From: Candidatus Omnitrophota bacterium | GTDB lineage: Bacteria > Omnitrophota > Omnitrophia > Omnitrophales > JACROU01 | Length of the DNA: 64,000 nt | Direction: 5' to 3' | Assembly (NCBI GenBank): GCA_029261035.1 | Contig: JAJDCD010000022.1 | Location: 16,063 to 80,062, forward strand | Shown: in pieces, positions 55,543 to 64,000 of the stretch | How the letters are laid out: each line of letters opens with the position of its first letter | Position numbering within the stretch: the first letter of the stretch is position 1 | Notes under the pieces: generated by a model | Databases searched by the model: none | What the model was told of the DNA's origin: nothing | What the model saw: the letters and a program-made list of their open reading frames with translations, nothing else | Position numbers and translations under genes: made by a program

Positions 55543-56209
55543 AAAAGCAATTGTATTATTTTCTGGAGGTTTGGATTCAACGACTGTATTGTTCCAAGCT
55601 TTAAAAGAAGGCTATACAGTTCATGCCCTAACAATCCAATATGGCCAACTTCATTTTAAGGAAATTGATTCCGCAAAGAGAATTGCTGGAGATTTAGGGG
55701 TGCCCCATGAGGTGGTGCATTTGTCTTTACCTTGGAAAGGGAGTTCTTTAGTTGATTCGGAATTGAAGCTTCCCAAAAACAGAAGTGCTAATGAGATGGA
55801 AACAGGAATTCCTTCAACCTATGTTCCCGCGCGTAATACCTTATTTTTAAGTTATGCACTCTCTTGGGCTGAGGCGTCTCAGGCTGATTCAGTTTGGATT
55901 GGGGCAAATGCGATTGATTATAGTGGTTACCCTGATTGTCGTCCTGATTTTCTTGCGGCTATGGAAAATGTGTATTGTTTAGGCACCAAACTAGGAAGAG
56001 AAGGAAATCCAATTAAGATAAAAGCGCCTTTAGTAGAAAAAACAAAATCAGATATAGTAAAATTAGCCTTATCATTGAAAGTTCCCTTAGAACAGACTTG
56101 GTCTTGTTATCAAGGAGATGATCAGCCTTGTGAGAAGTGTGATTCTTGCCAATTAAGAGCTAAAGGCTTTCAAGAAGCCGGAGAAAAGGATCCTATTTTA
56201 TCATGTTAA
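55535..56209 (+). CDS. queC: 7-cyano-7-deazaguanine synthase
   Basis: SGGLDS, TYVPARN, YPDCR, TWSCY..C.KCDSC. Confidence 0.96.
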   Translation: MSKKAIVLFSGGLDSTTVLFQALKEGYTVHALTIQYGQLHFKEIDSAKRIAGDLGVPHEVVHLSLPWKGSSLVDSELKLPKNRSANEMETGIPSTYVPARNTLFLSYALSWAEASQADSVWIGANAIDYSGYPDCRPDFLAAMENVYCLGTKLGREGNPIKIKAPLVEKTKSDIVKLALSLKVPLEQTWSCYQGDDQPCEKCDSCQLRAKGFQEAGEKDPILSC

Positions 56210-56934
56210 AAATTAAGAGTCCTTTTAAGCCCAAATCTGACCTTGCCCAAATTTCAGAAGTGTTTTCTTCTATTCAAGGCGAAGGGCTTTGTGTCGGAGA
56301 AAAGCATTTATTCGTTCGTTTTCGTTCTTGCAATATCGCTTGTTCTTATTGTGATGAATATGACAAAGTGTACTTTGAAGATCTTTCAGTTATTCAACTC
56401 ATGACTTCCATTCAATCTTTAGATAAAGAAAAAGGGCCGCATGATTATGTGAGCCTGACAGGTGGAGAGCCTTTGCTTTACACGTCTTATCTTAAAAATC
56501 TAATCCCGGAGCTTAAAAGAGAAGGGCATTCCATTTATCTTGAGACAGGGGGTATTCTTTATCATCAGTTAGAAGAGGTTGTCGCTTTTTGTGATTTTAT
56601 TTCAATGGATATGAAGCTACCCAGTGTTACGGGAGAAAAAGATTTTTTTAAAGAACACGAAGCTTTTCTTAAAATTGCTAAACAAAAACAAGTATTTGTT
56701 AAAATTGTTTTGTCCAAGCAAACAAAGTTAGAAGAGTTTCTAAAAGCCCTGGATGTTATTTCTAGAATTGATAAAACAATCCCTCTTGTATTGCAGCCTG
56801 TTACAGATATAAAAACACAGGAGTTGGAACCTGGAATTGGAGAGTATTTATCAAGCTTGGTTTCAGTAGCTAAACGATATTTAGTTACAGTAAAAGCAAT
56901 TCCGCAAACGCATAAGTGGATGAATATACAATAG
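56203..56934 (+). CDS. queE: 7-carboxy-7-deazaguanine synthase
   Basis: FSSIQGEG, FVRF..CNIACSYCD, TGGEP, IPQTHK. Confidence 0.92.
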   Translation: MLKIKSPFKPKSDLAQISEVFSSIQGEGLCVGEKHLFVRFRSCNIACSYCDEYDKVYFEDLSVIQLMTSIQSLDKEKGPHDYVSLTGGEPLLYTSYLKNLIPELKREGHSIYLETGGILYHQLEEVVAFCDFISMDMKLPSVTGEKDFFKEHEAFLKIAKQKQVFVKIVLSKQTKLEEFLKALDVISRIDKTIPLVLQPVTDIKTQELEPGIGEYLSSLVSVAKRYLVTVKAIPQTHKWMNIQ

Positions 56935-56980
56935 CGTGGAGCGTTTAGCGTGACTGAAGGATCTCGGAAGTGAGAAGCCT

Positions 56981-57087
56981 GAGATTGCCACAGCTCGGCT
57001 GTTGTTGCTTCACAATGACAAAAAGCATTATGGATTCCCCCGCCCAACAAACTGGTGGACAGGCGATAAAAGATTTCGGGAATGACA
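56981..57087. repeat. Two half REP-like elements, the second with a nested insertion
   Basis: gagattgccacagc...cacaatgaca; tggattccc[24 nt]cgataaaagatttcgggaatgaca. Confidence 0.65.
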
Positions 57088-57135
57088 CTTTTTCTAATTA
57101 TTATGTCACCTAGTTTAATCAACAAAGGAGAGAAA

Positions 57136-57846
57136 ATGAAGAGGATGGATGGCCGTAAGCCTGATGAAATGAGAAAAGTAAAAGTAAAAATGGGTTATTT
57201 AAAATATGCTCTTGGATCTTGTTTGATAGAGTTCGGGAATACTCGTGTATTGTGTAGCGCTTCGATTGACGATGGTGTTCCGCGATTTTTAAAAGGACAG
57301 GGAAAAGGTTGGCTGACCTCTGAGTATGGAATGTTGCCAGCATCTTGTAATTCTCGTATCTCACGGGAGTCGAGTAAAGGAAAGATTAGTGGTCGAACTT
57401 CAGAAATTCAACGACTTATTGGACGTTCTTTGAGAGCGGTTGTTGATTTAGAAAAATTAGGGGAAAGAACCATTTGGATTGATGCCGATGTGATTCAAGG
57501 CGATGGGGGGACTCGAACAGCAAGTATTACTGGAGCTTATTTGGCGCTAAAGCAAGCAGTTGGAAAGCTTATTAAACAGAAGGTTCTTACAGAAGACCCA
57601 ATTATTGATAATATTTCAGCGATCAGTGTTGGAGTTATCGGAGGAGTTCCTTTTTTAGATTTATGTTACGTTGAAGACTCTAGTGCAGATACCGATATGA
57701 ATGTAGTGATGACCGGTAAGGGTAAGTTTATTGAAGTTCAAGGTACTGCAGAAGGAGCTCCCTTTACTGAGAAGGAACTGAGTCAGTTGTTAGTTCTTGC
57801 TAAAAAAGGGAATAAAGAACTAACAAAATTACAAGATAAGTATTAG
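57136..57846 (+). CDS. rph: Ribonuclease PH
   Basis: [45 protein letters not shown]; ATG 57136 after AAGGAG. Confidence 0.96.
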   Translation: MKRMDGRKPDEMRKVKVKMGYLKYALGSCLIEFGNTRVLCSASIDDGVPRFLKGQGKGWLTSEYGMLPASCNSRISRESSKGKISGRTSEIQRLIGRSLRAVVDLEKLGERTIWIDADVIQGDGGTRTASITGAYLALKQAVGKLIKQKVLTEDPIIDNISAISVGVIGGVPFLDLCYVEDSSADTDMNVVMTGKGKFIEVQGTAEGAPFTEKELSQLLVLAKKGNKELTKLQDKY

Positions 57847-57904
57847 CGTATAGTTGTAGAAAGCTCTCACTACCCCCCCCCTGTCAGGGAGAGGGGATTT
57901 TGTT

Positions 57905-58525
57905 TTGTTATTGCTAATAGAAAGTGATCTGTTGAAGAAGACTATTGTTGTTGCCACAAAAAATGAGCATAAGGTAAGAGAATTTAAATCTATTTGCACA
58001 GGAATGGATTTTAAATTTGTTTCTTTAACTGCTTTTCCTGAAATTAAATCCGTACGAGAAGATGGAAAAACGTTTGAAGAGAATGCGATAAAAAAAGCAG
58101 TTTATGTTGCAAAGAAAACAGGTTGTTTTGCTATAGCGGATGATTCAGGTATTTGTATTGATGCGTTAGGGGGGAAGCCTGGAATTCGATCGGCGCGATT
58201 TGCCGGGTATAAAGGGGATGAGGCTAATAACTCTAAAGTATTTCGATCTTTAAAAGGTGTTTCAGATAAAGATCGAAAAGCTCATTACCATTGTTCTATT
58301 GCTATAGCAAGCCCAGACAAAGTGATTGGATGTTGTGAGGGTAAAGTCTATGGCCGTATCACTCATGAACGAATAGGTGAAAAGGGTTTTGGCTATGATC
58401 CTTTATTTTATTTTCCACCCTTTAAAAAAACATTTGCACAAGTTAGCTTAAAACAAAAAAACAGGGTATCTCACCGTGCAAAAGCCTTAAAAAAAGCGGT
58501 TAGAATACTAAAAAAATTAAAATAA
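57905..58525 (+). CDS. rdgB: Non-canonical purine NTP pyrophosphatase (true start perhaps TTG 57932)
   Basis: ATKNEHK, TFEENA..KA, ADDSG, GFGYDPLF, KNRVSHR. Confidence 0.94.
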   Translation: MLLLIESDLLKKTIVVATKNEHKVREFKSICTGMDFKFVSLTAFPEIKSVREDGKTFEENAIKKAVYVAKKTGCFAIADDSGICIDALGGKPGIRSARFAGYKGDEANNSKVFRSLKGVSDKDRKAHYHCSIAIASPDKVIGCCEGKVYGRITHERIGEKGFGYDPLFYFPPFKKTFAQVSLKQKNRVSHRAKALKKAVRILKKLK

Positions 58526-58526
58526 A

Positions 58527-58631
58527 GTCATTGCGAGCTTCAGCAAGGATGCGCGGCAGTCTCAGAATTTAGTATTTTTTCCCTTTAATCCGAGATTGCC
58601 ACGGCTCTTTTTTTCGTTGCCTCGCAATGAC
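58527..58631. repeat. GTCAT...ATGAC palindromic intergenic element
   Basis: gtcattgcgag...gcggcagtctc...gagattgccacg...ctcgcaatgac. Confidence 0.78.
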
Positions 58632-58726
58632 GTATCTGAGGGTGCTTAGCTGTCCGCCGCAAAAAACGGAGGATCTGTCTTTGACGGAAAAGCGAAGGGC
58701 TGACAGCTACAGGCTATAATGATATA

Positions 58727-59164
58727 ATGACACCTCAACTTAAAGAGGCTTCCATGGATAAAATTAAACAACCTAAGCTATTGACTCTTGAAGAAGCAAA
58801 TGCAATTCTTCCTGAAATAACTGTGCTTCTCAAACAAATTTCTGACAAAAAAGACCAGATAGAAAAGAAGCAAGTCGAAATCGATTCTCTAGAGCTTATC
58901 TTGGATGAAGATACCCCTAAACTACAGCAAGACTTAATCGACCGTTCTAGTGAATTTAATGAGCTAGTTTCTCAGGTTAAGAAAACGCTTCAGCGCATTG
59001 AAGACAAGGGTGGTTATCTAAAAGATCTAGATTATGGTCTTGTTGATTTTTTTGGAATGCATGAAAATAAAGTTGTTTACTATTGCTGGAAGCTAGGAGA
59101 ATCTAAAATTACTCACTGGCATGAAGTGGGTGAAGGGTTTGCTTCTAGGAAGCCTATTCATTAG
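58727..59164 (+). CDS. DUF2203-like coiled-coil protein
   Basis: TLEEAN.ILP, KDLDYGLVDF, YCWKLGE..I.HWH...EGFASRKPI. Confidence 0.82.
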   Translation: MTPQLKEASMDKIKQPKLLTLEEANAILPEITVLLKQISDKKDQIEKKQVEIDSLELILDEDTPKLQQDLIDRSSEFNELVSQVKKTLQRIEDKGGYLKDLDYGLVDFFGMHENKVVYYCWKLGESKITHWHEVGEGFASRKPIH

Positions 59165-62100
59165 TTCTGATTGTTCATTTCTTCTATGGTTGCTCTATAA
59201 CCAATCCCGTGAGTTGTTAAGATTTTAAGCGTTTCATCTGATTCTGCTATTGTTCTCTTCTTTTTCTTTTGTCGATCAGAATAACCTGGAATTTCAATTT
59301 CCGCATCATTTTCTAATCTCTTTTGTTTAATTAAGAGTATGAGGTTTTCTATAAAATCTTTTCTTGATTGTCTATTTTGAAAATAAATTTGAGCTAATAG
59401 AGCTTGGTTTAAATTAAGTATGATTAGTGGCCCTTGAGGTGATGTTGATCCAATTGGACCTCCAATTGAGAATAACCAATTAATATTGTTTCCACTATTA
59501 ATGATGCCAGGGAGAGTGGCGTTAATTGGAGTGGCGTTGATGTTAACACTATCTTGAACATCTAAGAAGCCTAGCGTAGTGCCGCCTTGAGCGTCGATGT
59601 TCCACTGTGTTCCAGGTGTGCTGGATCTTAAGAAGAGTATATTGCCGGCAGCACCTTGTAATGTAAGATTACCAGCTACCGTTAATGTAGAGCTTGCTTG
59701 GAAGGTGAGTGTTGGGTCAACGACATTTACTTTGCTGAAATTATTCACTGTAAAAGAACCTGTAATTGATTGATCTAGACCGTCTAAGACAAAGGTTCCT
59801 CCATTGCCATTAAATGTAGCGGCAGGCGCAACGGTAATATTGTTTTTAACTCTAAAGGTAGTGCTAGGAGCGGTTAATGTTCCACCCGTTAGATTTAAGT
59901 TACCATTTACATCTATAATTCCTGTGTTACCATTCACATTTCCATTGGAGATATTTAAGTTTCCTTCGATTTGCTGGGTGTTTGTTCCTGTGTTAAAGGT
60001 TCCGCCATTAACAGTGACATTGCCTTGGGTTGTGGTTTGTCTTCCGTTGGAGTTTAAGGTACCGCTGGTGATTTGGACGTCATTAGCGACGGTAATATCG
60101 TTTGTTAAAACAAAAGTGGATTTAGCAATATTTTGATCATTGATGGTAAGGTTGAAGAAATTATTGATCCCGTTAATATTTAAAATACCTCCAACTCCAT
60201 CTCCGATATAGCCTACTGTTCCAATCGTATTGTTAAAGGTTCCAATGGTTGGAGTTTCATTTCCTGCAAGTCTGAGAAGTCCGTTGTTATCGACGGTACC
60301 GGCTGTAAAATTATTTTGATTTGCATTTAAAATATCATCGACTCCGATGGTAAGAGTATCTACGGTAACGGAATCTCCTAAAAGAATTGTTTTTGCCGTA
60401 CCATCAACGGTTACATCACCTAAGTCTTGGTTGTTGGCGGATAGAGTAGAGGTGCCATTGCCATCAAAAACCCATCCGCCATTTCCTTTCGTTACTGTTC
60501 CATTGACGGTAATGGTAACGTCACCAGATGCGTTCACCGTAGGGTCATTGGTGAGATCAAAATTTCCGTCTGTAATTGTGACGTTACCATTAATATCAAG
60601 ATTATTGGTTAAAACGACATTGTCTGTAACAGGAGTTGATTTATTAATTGTTAAACCAGCGATTGTTTTTCCTGCAAAGTCAACATTTTGATTGTTGTTT
60701 CCGTTGAGTGTGAATGAAGCAGTAGAAGAAACATTTGAGCTTGTTCCCATCGTAACATTACCTCCAACAGATATGGTGTTGGTAGTAGTGATGCCAGCAT
60801 TAGTGCTATCAGCTACTGTGAGATTTCCTCCCACGGTGATAGGGTTGGCACTTGTGTCGAGTTGGCCTAGGTTTAGAACGGCGTTTCCAACCATGTTAAG
60901 AGCTGAGGAGAAGACATTTTTACTGAGTGCATTTGTTAAATTTAGATTTAAATTATTAATTGTTTCACCAGACCAATCGACTGTTTGGCTACTGCTACCG
61001 TTAAGGTTGATCGTTCCGTTGTTATGAGTTAATGTTGTTATTCCAGATAAATCAATATTGCCACTAACATTACTTGTTCCAGAGGTTGCTGTGTAATTTC
61101 CACCACTAACAGTTAAACCACCTAAGGTGATATCTGCGGTACCTCCAACAAAGTTTCCTCCTGTTTGTGTATAGTTAGCAGCTGTAATGGTATTTGCCCC
61201 ATTCTGATTAAGGAAACCTTGGGTGAGTGTTATGTTTTGTTGTACATCCAAATTAGAAAGTAAAATAAGAGAGCCCGCAATTTTGCTAATAGTTAGATTA
61301 GGAATTGTAGAGTTTGCTGAAGTAGCTGTGAAAGTTTGATTTCCACCACCTGAAAAAGTAAGAGAAGCATTAAAAGAGGTTTCGTTGTCTAAAAGAGCAA
61401 AAGAGCTTGTGTTTCCAGACAGATTAAAGGTTAAATTAATGTCATTTACTGTTACAGCACCGTTTCCTGCCGTAACAGGGAAGCTTAAGTCTCCGCCAAC
61501 AGTAACTGTTGGTGTTCCATTACGAGTAATGGCTAGCGTGGTTCCTGCAGCAGAATTTTGAATGGTGATATTTCCTGCTGTTGAGAAGTTATTACCATCA
61601 ATAAAGGTGCTTCCTGTGCCTGTGCCGGCCGTTCGTTCAAGAGTTAATGTATTTAGGACGGCATTATTAAATCTAAGTGTCATTGGAGCAGCAGTATTGT
61701 TTCTGTGGATTAAACTTCCATTATTGTGAGTAAAAGTCACTGTGCCTGTAAAATCGACATTACCTAATACAGTTAAGTTACCAGAAGTAGACGTGAAAGC
61801 TCCTGCATCTAGATCTAAACTGCCAACTGTAATATCTCCAGAGCCTCCTATCCAGTTACCTGTTGTTTGAGTAAAGGCTTGTGTCACAGTAACGGTGTTT
61901 CCACCATTTTGATCAACGGTTCCCTGTGTTAATGTGAGTCCTAAACTAATGTTTAAGTCGGAGAGTAAGGTTAATATTCCTGAAGTTTTGTTGACTGTAA
62001 AGGAACCAAGGGTCGAGTTCTCAGGAGCGTCATTAAAACTTTGAACCCCTGTTCCTGTAAATTGAACGCTGGCATTAAATGTGGCTTCAGTATCTAAGAT

Positions 62101-64000
62101 ATTTAGAGAACTTGTTGCTCCTGAAAGAATGTAAGTAATATTTACATCATTAACCGTTACAATTCCGTTACCTACGGTTACAGGGATATTAATATTTCCA
62201 CCCACAGTAACTACAGGGAAGCCATTGCGAGTAATGAGTAATGTAGTACCTGCAACAGAGTTTTGAATGGTGATATCCCCAAGAGTAGAGAAGCTGTCAT
62301 TGTCAAAAAAGATACTTCCAGTTCCGGTGCCTGCAGTTCTGTCTAATGTTAATGTGTTAAATACAGCATTGTTTAAGAACATACTACTAGTTGTAGAAGA
62401 GTTGTTTCGAAGGGTAACATTTCCTCCGTTGTGGTTAAAAGTACCTGCTCCTCTTAAATCTACATTACCCATAACCGTTAAAACCCCTGAAGTGGAGGTC
62501 AAAGTGCCTGCATTAAGGTCAATGCCTAAAGTAATGGATATGGTTCCGGATCCCCCAAGAAAAGCACCACCATCCATGACGAGTTGACCGGTAAGAGTTA
62601 AATTGTTTCCATTAACGTCATAAGTTGGTGTGCTAATACCTAAGGTTCCTGTTAATGCAATTGTTCCTGTTTGAGTGGTGTTAGCTGAGAATTCAATGTT
62701 GTCATTTGTGGTTATGATGTCTCCAGCAATATTTACAGATCCTGAACCATTTTGTGTGAAGCTTCCATCTAAATTTAAATCTCCAGCTGCAGTGATGGTG
62801 AGGAGTCCTGTGTTCGTCAGCGTTAGTGTTCCACCACTTGTCGTTGTTATTGTATTGTTAATATTCATTGTTGTGCCTGAAACGATCGTAGTTGTTCCAA
62901 CGGATTGAAGGGCAGCATCTAAAGACAAACTAGTTCCAGCATTCAAACTGACATTTCCTACAGTGTTTACGATGAGCTCATTAATATTAATCGAAGTTGT
63001 CGAAGTGATATTAATAGTAGCACCTGTAGCGGATACACCGACGGTTACTCCGATGCCTCCAATCGTAAGGGCGCCAGTGTTGTTAATAAAAACACCACCG
63101 GTTCCACCGCTAGCTTCAAGGTTAGAAAGGGTTGTTTCTAATGGGTCTAGGGCAGTAGCAATGCCTGCGCCAGCAATCAATACTGCGTTTGCGGCAGTAA
63201 TGTTGTTAGTAGCACCATTTCCATCAATGATAGCGCTTGCTGCACCTCCAGCATTGAGTGTTACGGTATTTGTTCCTGCGCTGATAGGTCCTGTTGCTGT
63301 AATATTACCATTTGTTGTGATGACTGTGATGCCGCCATTATTGGTGGTAATTCCATTAACGCCATCAACAAAACCAATAATAAGTGCGGTTGTATTCGTG
63401 AAACTTGCTGAGTTGCCTGCAGTGAAGATAACAGCAGATAAAGTTCCAACATTATTGGCTTCATTTAATGTAGTGCTTCCACCATTAGAAAATCTTAGGT
63501 TAGGCACGGTGATTGTGGAACCAGCTGTTTGTGTTAATGTGCCAACAGTGCCGCCAGCAAATAAGGTGAGTGTGGAAATGTTACTAGGAGCAATTGCTGT
63601 CGTAACGGTTATTCCTCCTGCGGTAGAGCCGCCAATTCTTAATATATTTGCTGTTATTGTATTTAATTCAGTATTAGTTAATCCTAGAAGACCAACAGCA
63701 TCAGCTGCACCTAAATTAATTGCCGTACCATTCGTTCTGTGGGTCAGAGAAACGATTGAACCTGTGTTTGTTGTTGTTCCAACTAAATTAATATTATCTG
63801 CATTATAATTGATATTGTCATTACCGTTACCGACAACGTCTCCAAGAATAGATAGGAGTTGATTGGCTCCTGCTAGGCTGAGTAAAATTTGCTCCCCAAA
63901 AATATCTTGAGCAGCAGGTGTATTGTTAACTGTCAAATTACCTGTGCTAACAGAAATTATGATATCTCCGTTATTGGTACTAATACCATTAACCCCATCT
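59161..64000 (-). CDS. Giant Thr/Asn/Gly-rich beta-helical adhesin or hemagglutinin-like protein, 3' part
   Basis: More than 1600 codons of G/N/T beta-strand repeats; frame stays open past 63936 to the window end (..DGVNGISTNNGDIIISVSTGNLTV..). Confidence 0.85.
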   Translation of the reverse strand, partial: DGVNGISTNNGDIIISVSTGNLTVNNTPAAQDIFGEQILLSLAGANQLLSILGDVVGNGNDNINYNADNINLVGTTTNTGSIVSLTHRTNGTAINLGAADAVGLLGLTNTELNTITANILRIGGSTAGGITVTTAIAPSNISTLTLFAGGTVGTLTQTAGSTITVPNLRFSNGGSTTLNEANNVGTLSAVIFTAGNSASFTNTTALIIGFVDGVNGITTNNGGITVITTNGNITATGPISAGTNTVTLNAGGAASAIIDGNGATNNITAANAVLIAGAGIATALDPLETTLSNLEASGGTGGVFINNTGALTIGGIGVTVGVSATGATINITSTTSININELIVNTVGNVSLNAGTSLSLDAALQSVGTTTIVSGTTMNINNTITTTSGGTLTLTNTGLLTITAAGDLNLDGSFTQNGSGSVNIAGDIITTNDNIEFSANTTQTGTIALTGTLGISTPTYDVNGNNLTLTGQLVMDGGAFLGGSGTISITLGIDLNAGTLTSTSGVLTVMGNVDLRGAGTFNHNGGNVTLRNNSSTTSSMFLNNAVFNTLTLDRTAGTGTGSIFFDNDSFSTLGDITIQNSVAGTTLLITRNGFPVVTVGGNINIPVTVGNGIVTVNDVNITYILSGATSSLNILDTEATFNASVQFTGTGVQSFNDAPENSTLGSFTVNKTSGILTLLSDLNISLGLTLTQGTVDQNGGNTVTVTQAFTQTTGNWIGGSGDITVGSLDLDAGAFTSTSGNLTVLGNVDFTGTVTFTHNNGSLIHRNNTAAPMTLRFNNAVLNTLTLERTAGTGTGSTFIDGNNFSTAGNITIQNSAAGTTLAITRNGTPTVTVGGDLSFPVTAGNGAVTVNDINLTFNLSGNTSSFALLDNETSFNASLTFSGGGNQTFTATSANSTIPNLTISKIAGSLILLSNLDVQQNITLTQGFLNQNGANTITAANYTQTGGNFVGGTADITLGGLTVSGGNYTATSGTSNVSGNIDLSGITTLTHNNGTINLNGSSSQTVDWSGETINNLNLNLTNALSKNVFSSALNMVGNAVLNLGQLDTSANPITVGGNLTVADSTNAGITTTNTISVGGNVTMGTSSNVSSTASFTLNGNNNQNVDFAGKTIAGLTINKSTPVTDNVVLTNNLDINGNVTITDGNFDLTNDPTVNASGDVTITVNGTVTKGNGGWVFDGNGTSTLSANNQDLGDVTVDGTAKTILLGDSVTVDTLTIGVDDILNANQNNFTAGTVDNNGLLRLAGNETPTIGTFNNTIGTVGYIGDGVGGILNINGINNFFNLTINDQNIAKSTFVLTNDITVANDVQITSGTLNSNGRQTTTQGNVTVNGGTFNTGTNTQQIEGNLNISNGNVNGNTGIIDVNGNLNLTGGTLTAPSTTFRVKNNITVAPAATFNGNGGTFVLDGLDQSITGSFTVNNFSKVNVVDPTLTFQASSTLTVAGNLTLQGAAGNILFLRSSTPGTQWNIDAQGGTTLGFLDVQDSVNINATPINATLPGIINSGNNINWLFSIGGPIGSTSPQGPLIILNLNQALLAQIYFQNRQSRKDFIENLILLIKQKRLENDAEIEIPGYSDRQKKKKRTIAESDETLKILTTHGIGYRATIEEMNNQN

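Noticed and set aside
55535-56934. queC/queE as a Dpd-type DNA-modification or QatABCD defence system
   Set aside because: They sit among housekeeping genes (murI, rph, rdgB) with no dpdA or qat partners; ordinary queuosine synthesis is more likely.
132-57364. Numerous 60-190 aa minus-strand or out-of-frame ORFs overlapping well-supported genes (e.g. 132-644, 5381-5806, 56565-57125)
   Set aside because: No recognisable motifs, and they overlap conserved genes or repeats.
57873-57896. C-run and GGGAGAGGGG hairpin between rph and rdgB as a phase-variable tract
   Set aside because: Intergenic, and better explained as a short GC hairpin; no evidence of length variation from one sequence.
59804-63808. 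Plus-strand ORFs of 77-281 aa rich in Val/Pro/Leu
   Set aside because: Antisense shadows of the G/N/T-rich adhesin gene.

Overview
AT-rich bacterial chromosomal window with genes almost all on the + strand. The giant modular protein and gene style suggest Ca. Omnitrophota/PVC, which is an inference. In order: the 3' part of lpdA and a SWIB protein; an Rrf2-controlled suf operon (sufBCDSU, sufT); a pair of half-ferritin-like genes, a Kef-type antiporter and a delta-9 desaturase; then a ~28 kb anaerobic respiration block. That block has a Crp/Fnr regulator with four matching TGTGA-N6-TCACA boxes, a diheme cytochrome c, narGHJ, an unusual NarI-(internal Tat)-Rieske fusion followed by cytochrome b and cytochrome c, two NarK transporters, a radical SAM protein and a porin, a split class III RNR, and a Moco-riboswitch-led moa/moe/mob operon ending in hemY. 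After it come a RAYT transposase flanked by palindromic direct repeats, miaB, nnrE, a Rieske ferredoxin and a 3324-aa protein built of enzyme and DNA-binding cassettes separated by six (A/G)(A/S/N)SLG linkers. Housekeeping genes follow (lipA, aminotransferase, murI, queC, queE, rph, rdgB), and the window ends in the 3' part of a giant beta-helical adhesin-like gene on the - strand. The best candidates for new biology are the Nar-Rieske/cytochrome b hybrid complex and the cassette-type giant protein. No CRISPR, rRNA or tRNA was recognised. All calls come from motif recognition by eye; no searches were run.
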